From an uncultured Bacillota bacterium (GTDB taxonomy: Bacteria; Bacillota_I; Bacilli_A; RF39; UBA660): a stretch of 64,000 nt of DNA. The stretch covers positions 1,927 to 65,926 of the forward strand of contig CAMUYN010000004.1 in assembly GCA_947165005.1 (NCBI GenBank), written 5' to 3'. Of the stretch, positions 50,711 to 61,616 are shown piece by piece; within the stretch, counting starts at the first letter, position 1; the number at the start of each line of letters is the position of its first letter. The notes beneath the pieces are model-generated. The model was not told the DNA's origin. It was given only the letters and a program-made list of their open reading frames with translations, and searched no databases. A program made the translations under genes and the position numbers.

Positions 50711-51511
50711 ATGATAGAAAAAGTAAATCCATCTCATCCAGATAAGATTGCCGATAGAATATCTGGTGCTATAGTAGATTTATCTTATATAAAAGATGAA
50801 AACCCAAAAATAGCAGTAGAAGTATTAATAGGTCATAAAGAATGTAATATTATTATAGAGAGTAATGTTTCTTTTACTGAAGAAGAAGTATCTAATATAG
50901 TAAGAAGAATAACAAAACAAGACGATATAAGTATTAATTTAAAACAAGTTCCACAAGATGTAGAACTAGCTAAAAATCAGAAGGAAGAATTGAGATGTGG
51001 AGATAATGGTATATTTAAAGGTGTTCCATTAACTAGTAATGAAAAAGAACTATCTAAAATAGTAAGAGATATTTATAAAATAAAGGATACTGATGGAAAA
51101 TACATTTTAACTGATGATAAATTAATTGTTTGTCAAAGTAATATGACAAATGAGGAACTAAGAAATTTACTAGGAAATATAAGAAAAGAAGTAATTATTA
51201 ATCCACTTGGTGAATGGACTGGTGGAACAGATGTAGATACTGGTGCTACTAATAGAAAATTAGGTAGTGATATGGGTCATAGTGTAACTGGTGGTGGATT
51301 ACATGGTAAAGATTTATCTAAAGCAGATGTAAGCATTAATATATATGTATTCAAAAAAGCACAAGAATTAGGTAAGGAAGTAGAATTATGCTGTGCTATT
51401 GGAGATAGATATGTAGATGGTAAACCATATAATGAAATAGTAAATGAAGCTAGAGAATATATAAATGAGTTAGGTGGCTTTGAAAAATTTGCTGAATGGG
51501 GATTATATTAA
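50711..51511 (+). CDS. Compact (266-aa) S-adenosylmethionine synthetase (MetK)-like protein
   Basis: SHPDKIADRISGAIVD (compare GHPDKxxDQISDAxLD), CGDNGIF (compare GAGDQGLMFG), INPLGEW..GGTDVDTGATNRKLGSDMGH..TGGGLHGKDLSKADVS (compare INPTGRFVIGGPxGDxGLTGRKIIVDTYGG..HGGGAFSGKDPSKVDRS). ATG 50711 follows GGAGGAAG. Confidence 0.65.
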   Translation: MIEKVNPSHPDKIADRISGAIVDLSYIKDENPKIAVEVLIGHKECNIIIESNVSFTEEEVSNIVRRITKQDDISINLKQVPQDVELAKNQKEELRCGDNGIFKGVPLTSNEKELSKIVRDIYKIKDTDGKYILTDDKLIVCQSNMTNEELRNLLGNIRKEVIINPLGEWTGGTDVDTGATNRKLGSDMGHSVTGGGLHGKDLSKADVSINIYVFKKAQELGKEVELCCAIGDRYVDGKPYNEIVNEAREYINELGGFEKFAEWGLY

Positions 51512-51546
51512 TCCCTTTTTATGTTATAATAAGAGTGGTGATTAAT

Positions 51547-52203
51547 ATGAATATTATTAGCAAATATAATATTGATTTAGAAAATGACATAGTTAAAAGA
51601 GCTTTTACTCATTCTAGTTATGTTAATGAGACTAAAAAGGGTGAAGACTATGAAAGATTAGAGTTTTTAGGAGATAAAATTCTTGATTTTATAGTGAGCG
51701 AATATTTATACATAAATGATGATTATGATGAAGGAAAGATGACTAAACTTAGATCTAGTTATGTATGTGAGAAAGCTTTAGCTTGCTATTCAAATAGTCT
51801 TGATTTTCCTAAGTATTTAAGACTCGGTAAAGGTGAAGAATTAACTGGTGGTAGACAAAAACAGTCTATTCAAGCAGATATATTTGAATCATTTTTAGCA
51901 TCAGTATATCTTACTAAGGGGTTTGATATAGTTAAGAATATAGTATATGATGTAGTAATACCATATATAAAAGAAGAAAAAGATTTATTTTTACATGATT
52001 ATAAGACCGTTTTACAAGAAATAGTACAAACTGATAAAAAGTCTACTGTATATGAAATAACTGATGAAGAAGGCCCTTCTAATGAGAAAGTATTTACGTG
52101 TATTGTTAAAGTAGATGGAATAGTATTAGGAAAAGGAACTTCAACATCTAAAAAAGATGCTGAACAAGAAGCAGCTAAAGATGCATTAAGTAAATTAAAG
52201 TAG
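51547..52203 (+). CDS. rnc: Ribonuclease III
   Basis: AFTHSSY, ERLEFLGDKILDF, a C-terminal dsRBD (TSTSKKDAEQEAAKDAL). ATG 51547 follows AGTGGTGA. Confidence 0.9.
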   Translation: MNIISKYNIDLENDIVKRAFTHSSYVNETKKGEDYERLEFLGDKILDFIVSEYLYINDDYDEGKMTKLRSSYVCEKALACYSNSLDFPKYLRLGKGEELTGGRQKQSIQADIFESFLASVYLTKGFDIVKNIVYDVVIPYIKEEKDLFLHDYKTVLQEIVQTDKKSTVYEITDEEGPSNEKVFTCIVKVDGIVLGKGTSTSKKDAEQEAAKDALSKLK

Positions 52204-52209
52204 GTGTTT

Positions 52210-52719
52210 ATGGAATTATTAGATGTATATAATGAAGAAGGAAAGGTAACTGGAAGAATAGTTACAAGAGGGGATAAAAGTGCAATTTTTAATGAAGGAG
52301 AGCATATAGCAATAGCACAGATATATATAGAAAATGATGAAGGAAAATTTTTAATAGAAAAATCATCTAAAGTAAATGGATATAGATTATTACCAACAGG
52401 AGGTCATATTTCATCTGGAGAAACTCCATTAGAAACAATTATTAGGGAAACAAAAGAAGAAATTGGCCTTGATATTAGCAAGGATGAAATAATAGATTTA
52501 GGTTTTATGATAGTAGATAAACCAGTTAGATTCATTTTTTATATAAAAAAGAATGTTAATTTAGATGAATTAAAATTACAAACTGAGGAAGTAGAGGGCG
52601 TAATTTATATGACAGCAGATGAAATAAGGGAAGCTATTGCTGATGGCCGTATGCATGGTGCACATAATTATATTCTAGATAGAGTATTAAATTATACTAA
52701 TAAACATAAAAAAATGTAG
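52210..52719 (+). CDS. Nudix hydrolase
   Basis: Nudix box GGHISSGETPLETIIRETKEEIGL. Confidence 0.8.
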   Translation: MELLDVYNEEGKVTGRIVTRGDKSAIFNEGEHIAIAQIYIENDEGKFLIEKSSKVNGYRLLPTGGHISSGETPLETIIRETKEEIGLDISKDEIIDLGFMIVDKPVRFIFYIKKNVNLDELKLQTEEVEGVIYMTADEIREAIADGRMHGAHNYILDRVLNYTNKHKKM

Positions 52720-52795
52720 GAGTAATCCTATTTTTTTATTGTTTTATATTATAAAATATAGTATAATTTTATAATGTGAATAGTAGGTGTAAGAT

Positions 52796-55741
52796 ATGCA
52801 TTTAAAGAAAATTAAAATGATAGGATTTAAGTCATTTGTCAATCCAACTGAAATAGTTTTTGATGGTAATATAACTGGTGTAGTTGGACCAAATGGTTCA
52901 GGTAAAAGTAATATAGTTGATGCTATAAGATGGGTACTTGGGGAACAATCTATTAAATCACTTCGTGGAGAAGGATCAATGAGCGATGTAATATTCTCTG
53001 GTAGTAAAAGTAGAAGTGCATCATCTTTTGCTAGTGTTATATTAACTTTTGATAATAGTGATAAATATTTATCCCTTGATACTGATGAAGTAACTATTAA
53101 AAGAACAGTATATAAATCTGGTGATAATGAATATGAAATAAATAATACTAAATGTAGATTAAAAGATATAACAGATTTATTTACAGATACTGGTGCTTCT
53201 AAAGAATCATTTAATATTATCTCTCAAGGGGATATAGCTAATATATTAAGTTCTAAACCTGAAGATAGAAGAGTTATATTTGAAGATGCTTCTGGTACTT
53301 TAAAATATAAAAAGAGAAAAGAAGAATCTTTAAGAAAACTTGCTAAGACTAATGATAATCTAGTAAGAATAAATGATATCATAATGGAAAATGAAACTAG
53401 AATTAATCCATTAAAAGAACAAAAAGAACGTGCAGAAATATACCTAAAAGATAAAGAATTACTTGAAGAAAATGAAATCGCTTTAGTAGTTAAAGATATT
53501 GATGAATATAATATTACTTATAAAGAAGCTAAATCTAAAATAGAAGAATTAAATGATAAGATAACTGAAATATTATCTAAAACATCTACTAATCAAGCAG
53601 TTATCGAAGAAGTTAAAACAACATTAAATAATTTAAATGATGAATTATATAATAAACAACAAGAATTAGTAAAAATATCAGCAAGTGTAGAAAGATTATC
53701 TGGAGAAAAGAATCTTATTAGTGAAAGAAGTAAATATAATTCTGAAGATATGAAATTACATGATAATATTCTTTTATTAAAAGAACAATTATTACAAATA
53801 GAAAATGAATTAAAGACTATTAATACTAATAAAGAAATAGATACTAAAGATAATAAAGAATTATCTAATAAATTAGAATCTATAGAAAAAGAAATAACTA
53901 AAGAAGAAGAAAATAAATCTAAATTATTAGAGGATTCAAATAAATATATTAGAGATTTAACTTTATTAAGATCTAGAAAAGAACAATTAGAAAATGATAT
54001 AGAAAATAATTCTAATTTACCATTTGCAGTAAGAAGTATTCTTGCTAATCCAAAACTAATTGGTATAGAAGGTGCAATAGGTAATTTATTTGAAACAAAA
54101 GAAGAATATGTACTTGCTATAGATGCAGCACTAGGATCTTGTAGTTCATATATAGTTACTGTTAATGAAAATAATGCTAAAGATGCAGTAGAGTATTTAA
54201 AAAACAATAATTTAGGTAGAGCAACATTCTATCCAATGAATGTTATTAAACCAAGGTCTATTGATCCAGAAAACATGAATAAATTAAAATTTGATAATAG
54301 ATATTTAGCTATAGCAATAGATTTAATTGATGCAGATGATAAATATAAAAATATATTAGCTAGTTTATTAGGAAATGTAATAGTATGTAAGACACTTGAT
54401 GATGCTAATAAAGTATCTAAATCTATTAATAATAGATATAAAATAGTTACTCTTGGCGGCGATATAGTTAATGCTGGCGGATCAATAACTGGTGGTTCAA
54501 TAAAGACTAAAAATAGTGTTTTAAATATTAAATATGAACTAGAAGAAACTATTAAAAAGATATCTACTTATGAAAATAATTTATCTATTACTGAAGATAA
54601 AATTAATATTAGTGATGAAAACTATACTAATTTAAGTAATAAGAGAAAAGATTTAATATTAGAAATAAATACTAAGAGTGGTATTTTAAGAGATAGAGAT
54701 AATAAAGAAGAAAATTTAATTCTTAGAAAGAATTCTATTGAATTAGAACTTAAAAATAATAATGATAAGATTAATAATGTTCTTCTTGATGAAGAAAATG
54801 AAATCTTAAATAAGTTCTATGAAGAAAAGAATAAGAAAGAAACCATAGAGATTGAAATAAATGAAGTAATTAAAAAGATTAATGATAAAAAAGATGAATT
54901 ATATAATTATGAGACTAATTTAAAGATAGAAAATGGTGATTATAATAAACTACAAGAAGAATTAAAGAAGAATGAAATTACTGTTTCTAAATTAGATGTA
55001 AGAATAGATAATTTACTTGAAATACTTTCTAATGATTATCAATTGACATATGAGAAAGCAAAAGAAAATTATGAACTTAATATGCCAATTGATGAAGCTA
55101 GAGTACTTGTTACTAAATTAAAAAGAGAAATTAAATCACTTGGTGAAGTTAATGTATCTGCTATTGAAGAATATAAACAAGTTAGTGAAAGATATGAATT
55201 CTTACTTCATCAAAAGGATGATTTATTAAGAGCAAGAGATATGCTTCTTGATATCATTAAACAAATGGATGATGTTATGAAAGAAAAATTCGCTGAGACA
55301 TTTAAAAAGGTTGAAGAAGAATTTAAGAAAACATTTAGAACATTATTTGGTGGAGGGGAAGCAGAACTTAAACTTACTGAGCCAGGTAATATTTTAGAAA
55401 CAGGTATTGATATAGTTGCAACACCTCCTGGAAAGAAATTAAAACATATTTCGCTACTTTCTGGAGGAGAAAAGACATTAACTGCAATATCACTATTATT
55501 TGCAATACTTAATGTAAGACCAGTTCCATTCTGTGTACTAGATGAAGTAGAAGCTGCTCTTGATGAAGTTAATGTTGATAATTTTGGTAAATATTTAAGT
55601 TCTTATAAAGATAAGACTGAATTTATAGTTATAACACATAAAAAGAAGACTATGGAATATGCAGATACATTATATGGTGTTACTATGCAAGAATCTGGTG
55701 TATCTAAATTAGTTAGTGTTAAATTACAAGATTTAAAATAA
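52796..55741 (+). CDS. smc: Chromosome segregation protein SMC (short form, 981 aa)
   Basis: Walker A GPNGSGKSN, a long K/E/N-rich coiled coil, a hinge (GRATFYPMN), signature LSGGEK and Walker B CVLDEVEAALD. Confidence 0.9.
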   Translation: MHLKKIKMIGFKSFVNPTEIVFDGNITGVVGPNGSGKSNIVDAIRWVLGEQSIKSLRGEGSMSDVIFSGSKSRSASSFASVILTFDNSDKYLSLDTDEVTIKRTVYKSGDNEYEINNTKCRLKDITDLFTDTGASKESFNIISQGDIANILSSKPEDRRVIFEDASGTLKYKKRKEESLRKLAKTNDNLVRINDIIMENETRINPLKEQKERAEIYLKDKELLEENEIALVVKDIDEYNITYKEAKSKIEELNDKITEILSKTSTNQAVIEEVKTTLNNLNDELYNKQQELVKISASVERLSGEKNLISERSKYNSEDMKLHDNILLLKEQLLQIENELKTINTNKEIDTKDNKELSNKLESIEKEITKEEENKSKLLEDSNKYIRDLTLLRSRKEQLENDIENNSNLPFAVRSILANPKLIGIEGAIGNLFETKEEYVLAIDAALGSCSSYIVTVNENNAKDAVEYLKNNNLGRATFYPMNVIKPRSIDPENMNKLKFDNRYLAIAIDLIDADDKYKNILASLLGNVIVCKTLDDANKVSKSINNRYKIVTLGGDIVNAGGSITGGSIKTKNSVLNIKYELEETIKKISTYENNLSITEDKINISDENYTNLSNKRKDLILEINTKSGILRDRDNKEENLILRKNSIELELKNNNDKINNVLLDEENEILNKFYEEKNKKETIEIEINEVIKKINDKKDELYNYETNLKIENGDYNKLQEELKKNEITVSKLDVRIDNLLEILSNDYQLTYEKAKENYELNMPIDEARVLVTKLKREIKSLGEVNVSAIEEYKQVSERYEFLLHQKDDLLRARDMLLDIIKQMDDVMKEKFAETFKKVEEEFKKTFRTLFGGGEAELKLTEPGNILETGIDIVATPPGKKLKHISLLSGGEKTLTAISLLFAILNVRPVPFCVLDEVEAALDEVNVDNFGKYLSSYKDKTEFIVITHKKKTMEYADTLYGVTMQESGVSKLVSVKLQDLK

Positions 55742-55797
55742 TTCTTGTAATTTATATAAAAATAATTATAATAGTTAAAAAAGAAAAGAGGAATAAT

Positions 55798-57411
55798 ATG
55801 AGTAAAGTATATATTTTTGGTCATCAAAGACCAGATACTGATGCTGTTACTGCAGCAATTACATTATCATATTTAGAAAATGAATTAGGTATGGATGCTG
55901 AACCAAGAGTACTTGGATCATTAAATGATGAAACTAAATATGTATTAGATTATTTTAAAGTTAAAGAACCTAAATATCTAAATGATGTAAGATTACAATT
56001 AAAAGATATTAAATATCATAAAGGCATGATGCTTGATGGAGATTCTACTATTAATGAAACATATGATTACTTAGTAGAAAATAATATTACAGGTTTACCA
56101 ATAGTAGATTCTGATAATAAATATTTAGGAATAGTTACATTAAAGGATTTAGCTAGAGAAATAATTAGTGGTAATTATAATAGATTAGATACTAGTTATG
56201 ATAATATAGTTAAGACTTTAAATGGTGAAAAAGTATTAAAATTCAATAAAGAAATTTCTGGTGATTTATTAGTAGCATCTTATAATCAAGAAACATTTAC
56301 TAAAGATGTTAATTTAACTAACGAAAATATTCTTTTAGTAGGAGATAGACATAAGATTCATGAATATGCAATTAATAATAATATTAGATTATTAATAGTA
56401 ACTGGATCTAATGAAGTATTAAAAGAAAATATAGAACTTGCTAAGAAGAATAAAGTTAATATCATAAGAACTCATTTAGATACATTTACTGCATCTAAAT
56501 TAATTGGTTTATCTAATAAAGTTAGAAATATATTACATAGAGATTCTATTACATTTAAAGAAAGCGATTTCTATGATGATTTTGTTGAAGAAACAAAGAG
56601 ACTAAAACATAATAATTATCCAATTGTTAATTCAAATGATAAATGCTTAGGTTTAATTAGAGTAACTGATATAGTAGAAAAGAATAATAAGAAAGTAATA
56701 CTTGTTGATCACCAAGAAGCAGAACAAAGTGCTCAAGGATTAGATCAAGCAGAAATAGTAGGTATAGTAGACCATCATAAGATTGGTAATATTTCTACTA
56801 AATTACCTATTAATTTTAGAAATATGGCTGTAGGTTCTTCTAATACTATTATTTATCAATTATATAAAGAAAATAATGTTAAAATACCTAAAGAAATAGC
56901 AGGTTTAATGATATCAGGTATACTTTCTGATACATTAATATTACAAAGCCCAACAACTACTGATTTAGATAGAGAAACAGTAAAAGAATTATCTAAATTA
57001 TTAAAGATTGATTATGAAAAATATGCAATTGAAATGTTTAAAGCAGGTACTTCTCTTAAAGGTAAATCTTATAATGAAGTTATTAATACAGATCTTAAGA
57101 CATTTACATCTGGAGATACTAAATTTGCAGTTGCTCAAGTATTTACTCTTGATATAGATGAGATTAACAAAGATATAGATAACTACTTAAATGCATTAGA
57201 AGAAAATAATACTAAACTTGGGTGTGAATTCACTATGCTTGCATTTACTGATGTAATTAATAATGGATCATATGTTATTTATACAGAAAAGGCTAAAGAT
57301 ATATTAGCATCTGGATTTAAGAAAGCTGATTTCAAGCAAATGACATATATCAAAGGACTTGCTTCTAGAAAGAAACAAATGGTTCCAGTAATTCTTTCTG
57401 AATTAGAATAA
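55798..57411 (+). CDS. ppaC: Family II (DHH) inorganic pyrophosphatase with inserted CBS/DRTGG regulatory region
   Basis: FGHQRPDTDAV, VDHQE, IVDHHKIG, LSDTL. CBS-like segments lie between DHH motifs. 537 aa. Confidence 0.85.
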   Translation: MSKVYIFGHQRPDTDAVTAAITLSYLENELGMDAEPRVLGSLNDETKYVLDYFKVKEPKYLNDVRLQLKDIKYHKGMMLDGDSTINETYDYLVENNITGLPIVDSDNKYLGIVTLKDLAREIISGNYNRLDTSYDNIVKTLNGEKVLKFNKEISGDLLVASYNQETFTKDVNLTNENILLVGDRHKIHEYAINNNIRLLIVTGSNEVLKENIELAKKNKVNIIRTHLDTFTASKLIGLSNKVRNILHRDSITFKESDFYDDFVEETKRLKHNNYPIVNSNDKCLGLIRVTDIVEKNNKKVILVDHQEAEQSAQGLDQAEIVGIVDHHKIGNISTKLPINFRNMAVGSSNTIIYQLYKENNVKIPKEIAGLMISGILSDTLILQSPTTTDLDRETVKELSKLLKIDYEKYAIEMFKAGTSLKGKSYNEVINTDLKTFTSGDTKFAVAQVFTLDIDEINKDIDNYLNALEENNTKLGCEFTMLAFTDVINNGSYVIYTEKAKDILASGFKKADFKQMTYIKGLASRKKQMVPVILSELE

Positions 57412-57426
57412 TTTAATCATAAAGAA

Positions 57427-57452
57427 AATAAGACTTTATGTCTTATTTTTTT
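57427..57452 (+). terminator. Rho-independent terminator
   Basis: Stem aataagac/gtcttatt, loop tttat, followed by a T-run. Confidence 0.75.
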
Positions 57453-57483
57453 ATTTGTGCATATATTTAATTAGGTGAAATAT

Positions 57484-59391
57484 ATGTTTTTTAATATTAT
57501 CCATAAAAGAATTAAAATATTTTTTATATTTGTAATAATTATGTTTATTATTATATTTTTAAAGGTTATTTATTTGCAGGTAATAAAATATAATAAATTA
57601 AAAAATGGTGCAGATGATTTATGGAGTAGAGAATTACCAATAGAGGGTGATCGTGGGTTAATATATGATAGAAATTTAGATCCTCTAGCTACTAATTTGA
57701 CAACCACATCATTAGTATTAATTCCAAATCAAATAAAAGATAAAGAATTAGTATCAAGTAAACTAGCTGATATATTAAATGTATCTAAAGAAGATATGGA
57801 TAAACATGTATATAAGAAAACATCAATTGAAAGAGTTCACCCTGAAGGAAGAAAACTTGGTTTTGATGTATCTAATAAGATTAGTGATTTGAAATTAGAT
57901 GGTGTATATCTTGTTAAGGAAGCTAAAAGATATTATCCCTATAATAATAATTTATCTCAAGTACTTGGTTTTGTAGGAATAGATAATCAAGGATTATCTG
58001 GATTAGAATTAAATTATGATGAGTATTTAAAAGGAAAAAGTGGTTCTATTAAATATTTTAGTGATGCTAAAGGAAATAAACTTGATATAAGTGAAATATA
58101 TAATGAACCAAGTAATGGAATGAATCTAATGTTAACAATAAATAATGAATTACAAAAATCAGTAGAAAGAGAACTTGATAATGCAGTATTAAAATATAAT
58201 CCTGAACATGCACTTGCTATTGCTATGGATCCAAATACTGGTGAAATACTTGCTATGAGTTCTAGACCAAATTTTGATCCAAATAATTATAAGAAATATG
58301 ATACTGAAACATTAAATAGAAATTTACCGATATGGATGAGTTATGAACCAGGTAGTACATTTAAAATAATAACTCTATCTGCATCACTTGAAGAAAAAAC
58401 TATAGATTTATACAAAGATACTTTTTATGATAGTGGACATATACAAGTTGAAAATGCCAAGATAAAATGTTGGAAAACCGGAGGACATCATGCTGAAACA
58501 TTTTTGAATGTGGTAGAGAATTCATGTAATCCCGGATTTGTAGTTATGGGGCAAAAATTAGGAAAAGAAAGATTATTTAATTATATTAATAAGTTTGGAT
58601 TTGGGATTAAGACAGGCATAGATTTAAGTGGAGAAGCTAGTGGAATTATGTTTAATATAGATAGAGTAGGTCCTGTAGAACTTGCTACTACTTCTTTTGG
58701 ACAAGGTGTTAGTGTTACGCCGATACAACAAATTACTGCAGTAAGTGCTGCAATTAATGGTGGATATTTATATAAACCATATATAGTTAAAGCACTTCTT
58801 GAACCTGAAACTAATACTCAGATAAAAACATATGATAAAAAATTAGTAAGAAGGGTAATAAAAGAGGAAACAAGCAAAGAAGTGAGAACTGCATTAGAAA
58901 GTGTTGTTACTAATGGTACTGGAAGAAATGCCTTTATTGATGGATATAGGGTTGGTGGTAAAACTGGTACTGCACAAAAAGTAAATAATGGGATATATAT
59001 GACGGGTAATTATATCGTTTCATTTATAGGATTTATGCCAAGTGATAATCCCGAAATTATTGTTTATGTGGCAATTGATAATCCTAAAGGTGTAGTGCAA
59101 TATGGCGGAACAGTTGCAGCACCAATAGCACGAAATATTTTATATGATTCAATTAGTATTCTTAATATAAAAAAATCAAAAAAAGCAGCAGAGAAGAAAT
59201 ATCAGTTTAATGAAAAAAAGTATATTGAGGTTCCCAATTTTGTCGGTAAGAATATAAGTGAATTAGGCAAAATAAACAATGGATTATTAATTGAATACAC
59301 TGGTACAGGTAAAAGAGTAATTTATCAATCAATAAAATCAAAAGAAAGAGTACTCGAGGGTAGTAAAATAAGAGTATTATTAGGTGATTAA
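57484..59391 (+). CDS. Class B penicillin-binding protein (PBP2B/SpoVD-like) with one PASTA domain
   Basis: Motifs STFK, SCN and KTGTA, with a C-terminal PASTA-like segment (VPNFVGKNISEL). ATG 57484 follows AGGTGA. Confidence 0.88.
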   Translation: MFFNIIHKRIKIFFIFVIIMFIIIFLKVIYLQVIKYNKLKNGADDLWSRELPIEGDRGLIYDRNLDPLATNLTTTSLVLIPNQIKDKELVSSKLADILNVSKEDMDKHVYKKTSIERVHPEGRKLGFDVSNKISDLKLDGVYLVKEAKRYYPYNNNLSQVLGFVGIDNQGLSGLELNYDEYLKGKSGSIKYFSDAKGNKLDISEIYNEPSNGMNLMLTINNELQKSVERELDNAVLKYNPEHALAIAMDPNTGEILAMSSRPNFDPNNYKKYDTETLNRNLPIWMSYEPGSTFKIITLSASLEEKTIDLYKDTFYDSGHIQVENAKIKCWKTGGHHAETFLNVVENSCNPGFVVMGQKLGKERLFNYINKFGFGIKTGIDLSGEASGIMFNIDRVGPVELATTSFGQGVSVTPIQQITAVSAAINGGYLYKPYIVKALLEPETNTQIKTYDKKLVRRVIKEETSKEVRTALESVVTNGTGRNAFIDGYRVGGKTGTAQKVNNGIYMTGNYIVSFIGFMPSDNPEIIVYVAIDNPKGVVQYGGTVAAPIARNILYDSISILNIKKSKKAAEKKYQFNEKKYIEVPNFVGKNISELGKINNGLLIEYTGTGKRVIYQSIKSKERVLEGSKIRVLLGD

Positions 59392-59482
59392 ATTGTTAAA
59401 ATACGTAAAAATTTTTAATTTATTATCTAATTATTCATTTGTATATGATATAATTAATAAAGATACGAAGGATGTGTTAAAT

Positions 59483-60475
59483 ATGTATGTATTAACTAAA
59501 TCAGTTTTAGCTTTAATGATTGGTTTTATTGTTGCTTCTGTTTTTGGCTTAATATTTGTACCATATATGAAAAAGAAACATTTTGGTCAAGTAACAAGTA
59601 AATTTGTAAAGCAACATAAGGGGAAAAGTGGTACCCCAACAATGGGTGGCTTAATATTTATTATATCCACAATAATAACAATAGCAGCATTAGTATTAAC
59701 TAATAAAATGACTATTACCACAAATTTATTGATAGTTTTATTTGTATTTTTAGGTTATGCATTAATTGGGTTTATAGATGATTTTATGAAATTAAAATTT
59801 AAATCTAATGAAAAAGGGTTAACAGTAATACAAAAATTTGTCGCTCAAATAATACTAGCTATATTAATTTTTTATCTATATGTTAAAGATGGATCAAATC
59901 CTAATATTGAGATAACAGGGTTAAATATAAATATAAATTTAGGATTCATGTATGGATTCTTTATATTATTTATGCTTGTTGGTACAAGTAATGCGGTAAA
60001 TCTAACTGATGGACTTGATGGACTTGCAGCAGGGTTATCAGTTATAGCTTTTGGTGTATATGGTATGATAGCGTGGAGTTCTTCATGGCTATCTGGATAT
60101 GATTCAATAGCAATTTTCTGTTTTGTATTAGTTGGAGGATTACTTGGATTTCTTGCATTTAATTCTTATCCAGCAAAGATATTTATGGGTGATATGGGAT
60201 CACTTGCACTAGGAGGAACACTTGCTATGATTGCTATGCTTACTAGAAGAGAATTATTACTTGTTGTAGTTGGTGGAGTATTTGTTATTGAAACTTTATC
60301 AGTTATACTACAAATAGCATCAGTAAAACTAAGAGGTAAGAGATTATTCCCAATGGCACCAATACACCATTCATTTGAGAAAAAAGGATGGAATGAACCA
60401 GATATTGTTAAATTATTCTATGTTGTAGGGTTTGTTTTAGGAGCAATATCTATTATTTACGGAGTTTGGATCTAA
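59483..60475 (+). CDS. mraY: Phospho-N-acetylmuramoyl-pentapeptide transferase
   Basis: KxGTPTMGG, DDFxK, NAVNLTDGLDGLA, MGDxGSLALGG. ATG 59483 is chosen because the upstream 33 codons of the track ORF look non-coding. Confidence 0.9.
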   Translation: MYVLTKSVLALMIGFIVASVFGLIFVPYMKKKHFGQVTSKFVKQHKGKSGTPTMGGLIFIISTIITIAALVLTNKMTITTNLLIVLFVFLGYALIGFIDDFMKLKFKSNEKGLTVIQKFVAQIILAILIFYLYVKDGSNPNIEITGLNININLGFMYGFFILFMLVGTSNAVNLTDGLDGLAAGLSVIAFGVYGMIAWSSSWLSGYDSIAIFCFVLVGGLLGFLAFNSYPAKIFMGDMGSLALGGTLAMIAMLTRRELLLVVVGGVFVIETLSVILQIASVKLRGKRLFPMAPIHHSFEKKGWNEPDIVKLFYVVGFVLGAISIIYGVWI

Positions 60476-61563
60476 TGAAGAAAATTGATTATAAATTATT
60501 AATTGCAGTTGTTATTTTAACTCTATTTGGTTTGTTAATGATTTATTCTTCATCCAGTGTATGGGCAGAATATAAGTTCCATGATTCATTTAGATATCTA
60601 AAACTACAAAGTATATTTTTTATAATCAGTTTAATAATAATGTATATAGTAATAAAAATAGATTATACGTACTACTTAAAGAAAGCAAATATTATATTAA
60701 TAATTTGCTTTCTTTTATTATTACTTGTCTTAATACCAGGACTTGGTGTTGTTAGAAATGGTAGTAGAAGCTGGTTTAAACTTGGTTTTATTGCAATGCA
60801 ACCTAGTGAATTTATGAAACTCTCTTTGATTATATTTACAAGTAAATATTTGAGTAATAATCTAAAAGAAATAAAAAGTATTATTAAGGGAGTAATACCA
60901 ATATTATTTATAACTATATTAGCTTTCTTATTAATTATGCTTGAACCAGATATGGGGACTGGATTAATTATTTTAGTAACTACGATTGGTTTATTGTTTG
61001 TATCAGGAGTTGAATTATCTTTTTTTGTTAAAATAATGATATTAGGTTTAATGGGCTTATCAGGATTAATAATAATTGCCCCTTATAGATTAAATAGAAT
61101 ACTATCATTTATTAATCCTTTTAATGATCCACTTGGTACTGGGTTTCAAGCAATACAATCTATGTATGCAATTGGACCTGGGGGGTTATTTGGTACGGGT
61201 TTATTTAAAAGCATTCAAAAACAGTTTTATTTACCAGAACCCCAGACTGATTTTATATTTTCTATTATATCTGAAGAATTTGGAATTCTAGGAAGTATAA
61301 TAGTGCTTGGATTATTTGCATATATTATTTATAGAATCATAAAAACAGCTTTGAAATGTAATGATTTATTTTCTAAGTTTTTATGCTTTGGTATAATTTT
61401 CCAATTATCTATCCAAATAATTCTGAATTTAGGTGTAGTAACGACATTATTTCCAGTAACTGGAGTGACTTTACCATTTTTAAGTTATGGTGGATCTAGT
61501 TTATTGATTACATATATAAGTATTGGAATTATTTTAAATATTTCAAAAAATAATGTAAACTAA
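60475..61563 (+). CDS. ftsW: SEDS-family peptidoglycan polymerase FtsW/SpoVE
   Basis: QPSEFMK, PDMGT, LPEPQTDFIFS and SYGGSS motifs. The ATG overlaps the mraY stop (TAATG). Confidence 0.88.
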   Translation: MKKIDYKLLIAVVILTLFGLLMIYSSSSVWAEYKFHDSFRYLKLQSIFFIISLIIMYIVIKIDYTYYLKKANIILIICFLLLLLVLIPGLGVVRNGSRSWFKLGFIAMQPSEFMKLSLIIFTSKYLSNNLKEIKSIIKGVIPILFITILAFLLIMLEPDMGTGLIILVTTIGLLFVSGVELSFFVKIMILGLMGLSGLIIIAPYRLNRILSFINPFNDPLGTGFQAIQSMYAIGPGGLFGTGLFKSIQKQFYLPEPQTDFIFSIISEEFGILGSIIVLGLFAYIIYRIIKTALKCNDLFSKFLCFGIIFQLSIQIILNLGVVTTLFPVTGVTLPFLSYGGSSLLITYISIGIILNISKNNVN

Positions 61564-61616
61564 AATATACATTTTATAAAAAATATGATATTATATCTAA
61601 AGAAAAGAGGGATAGT

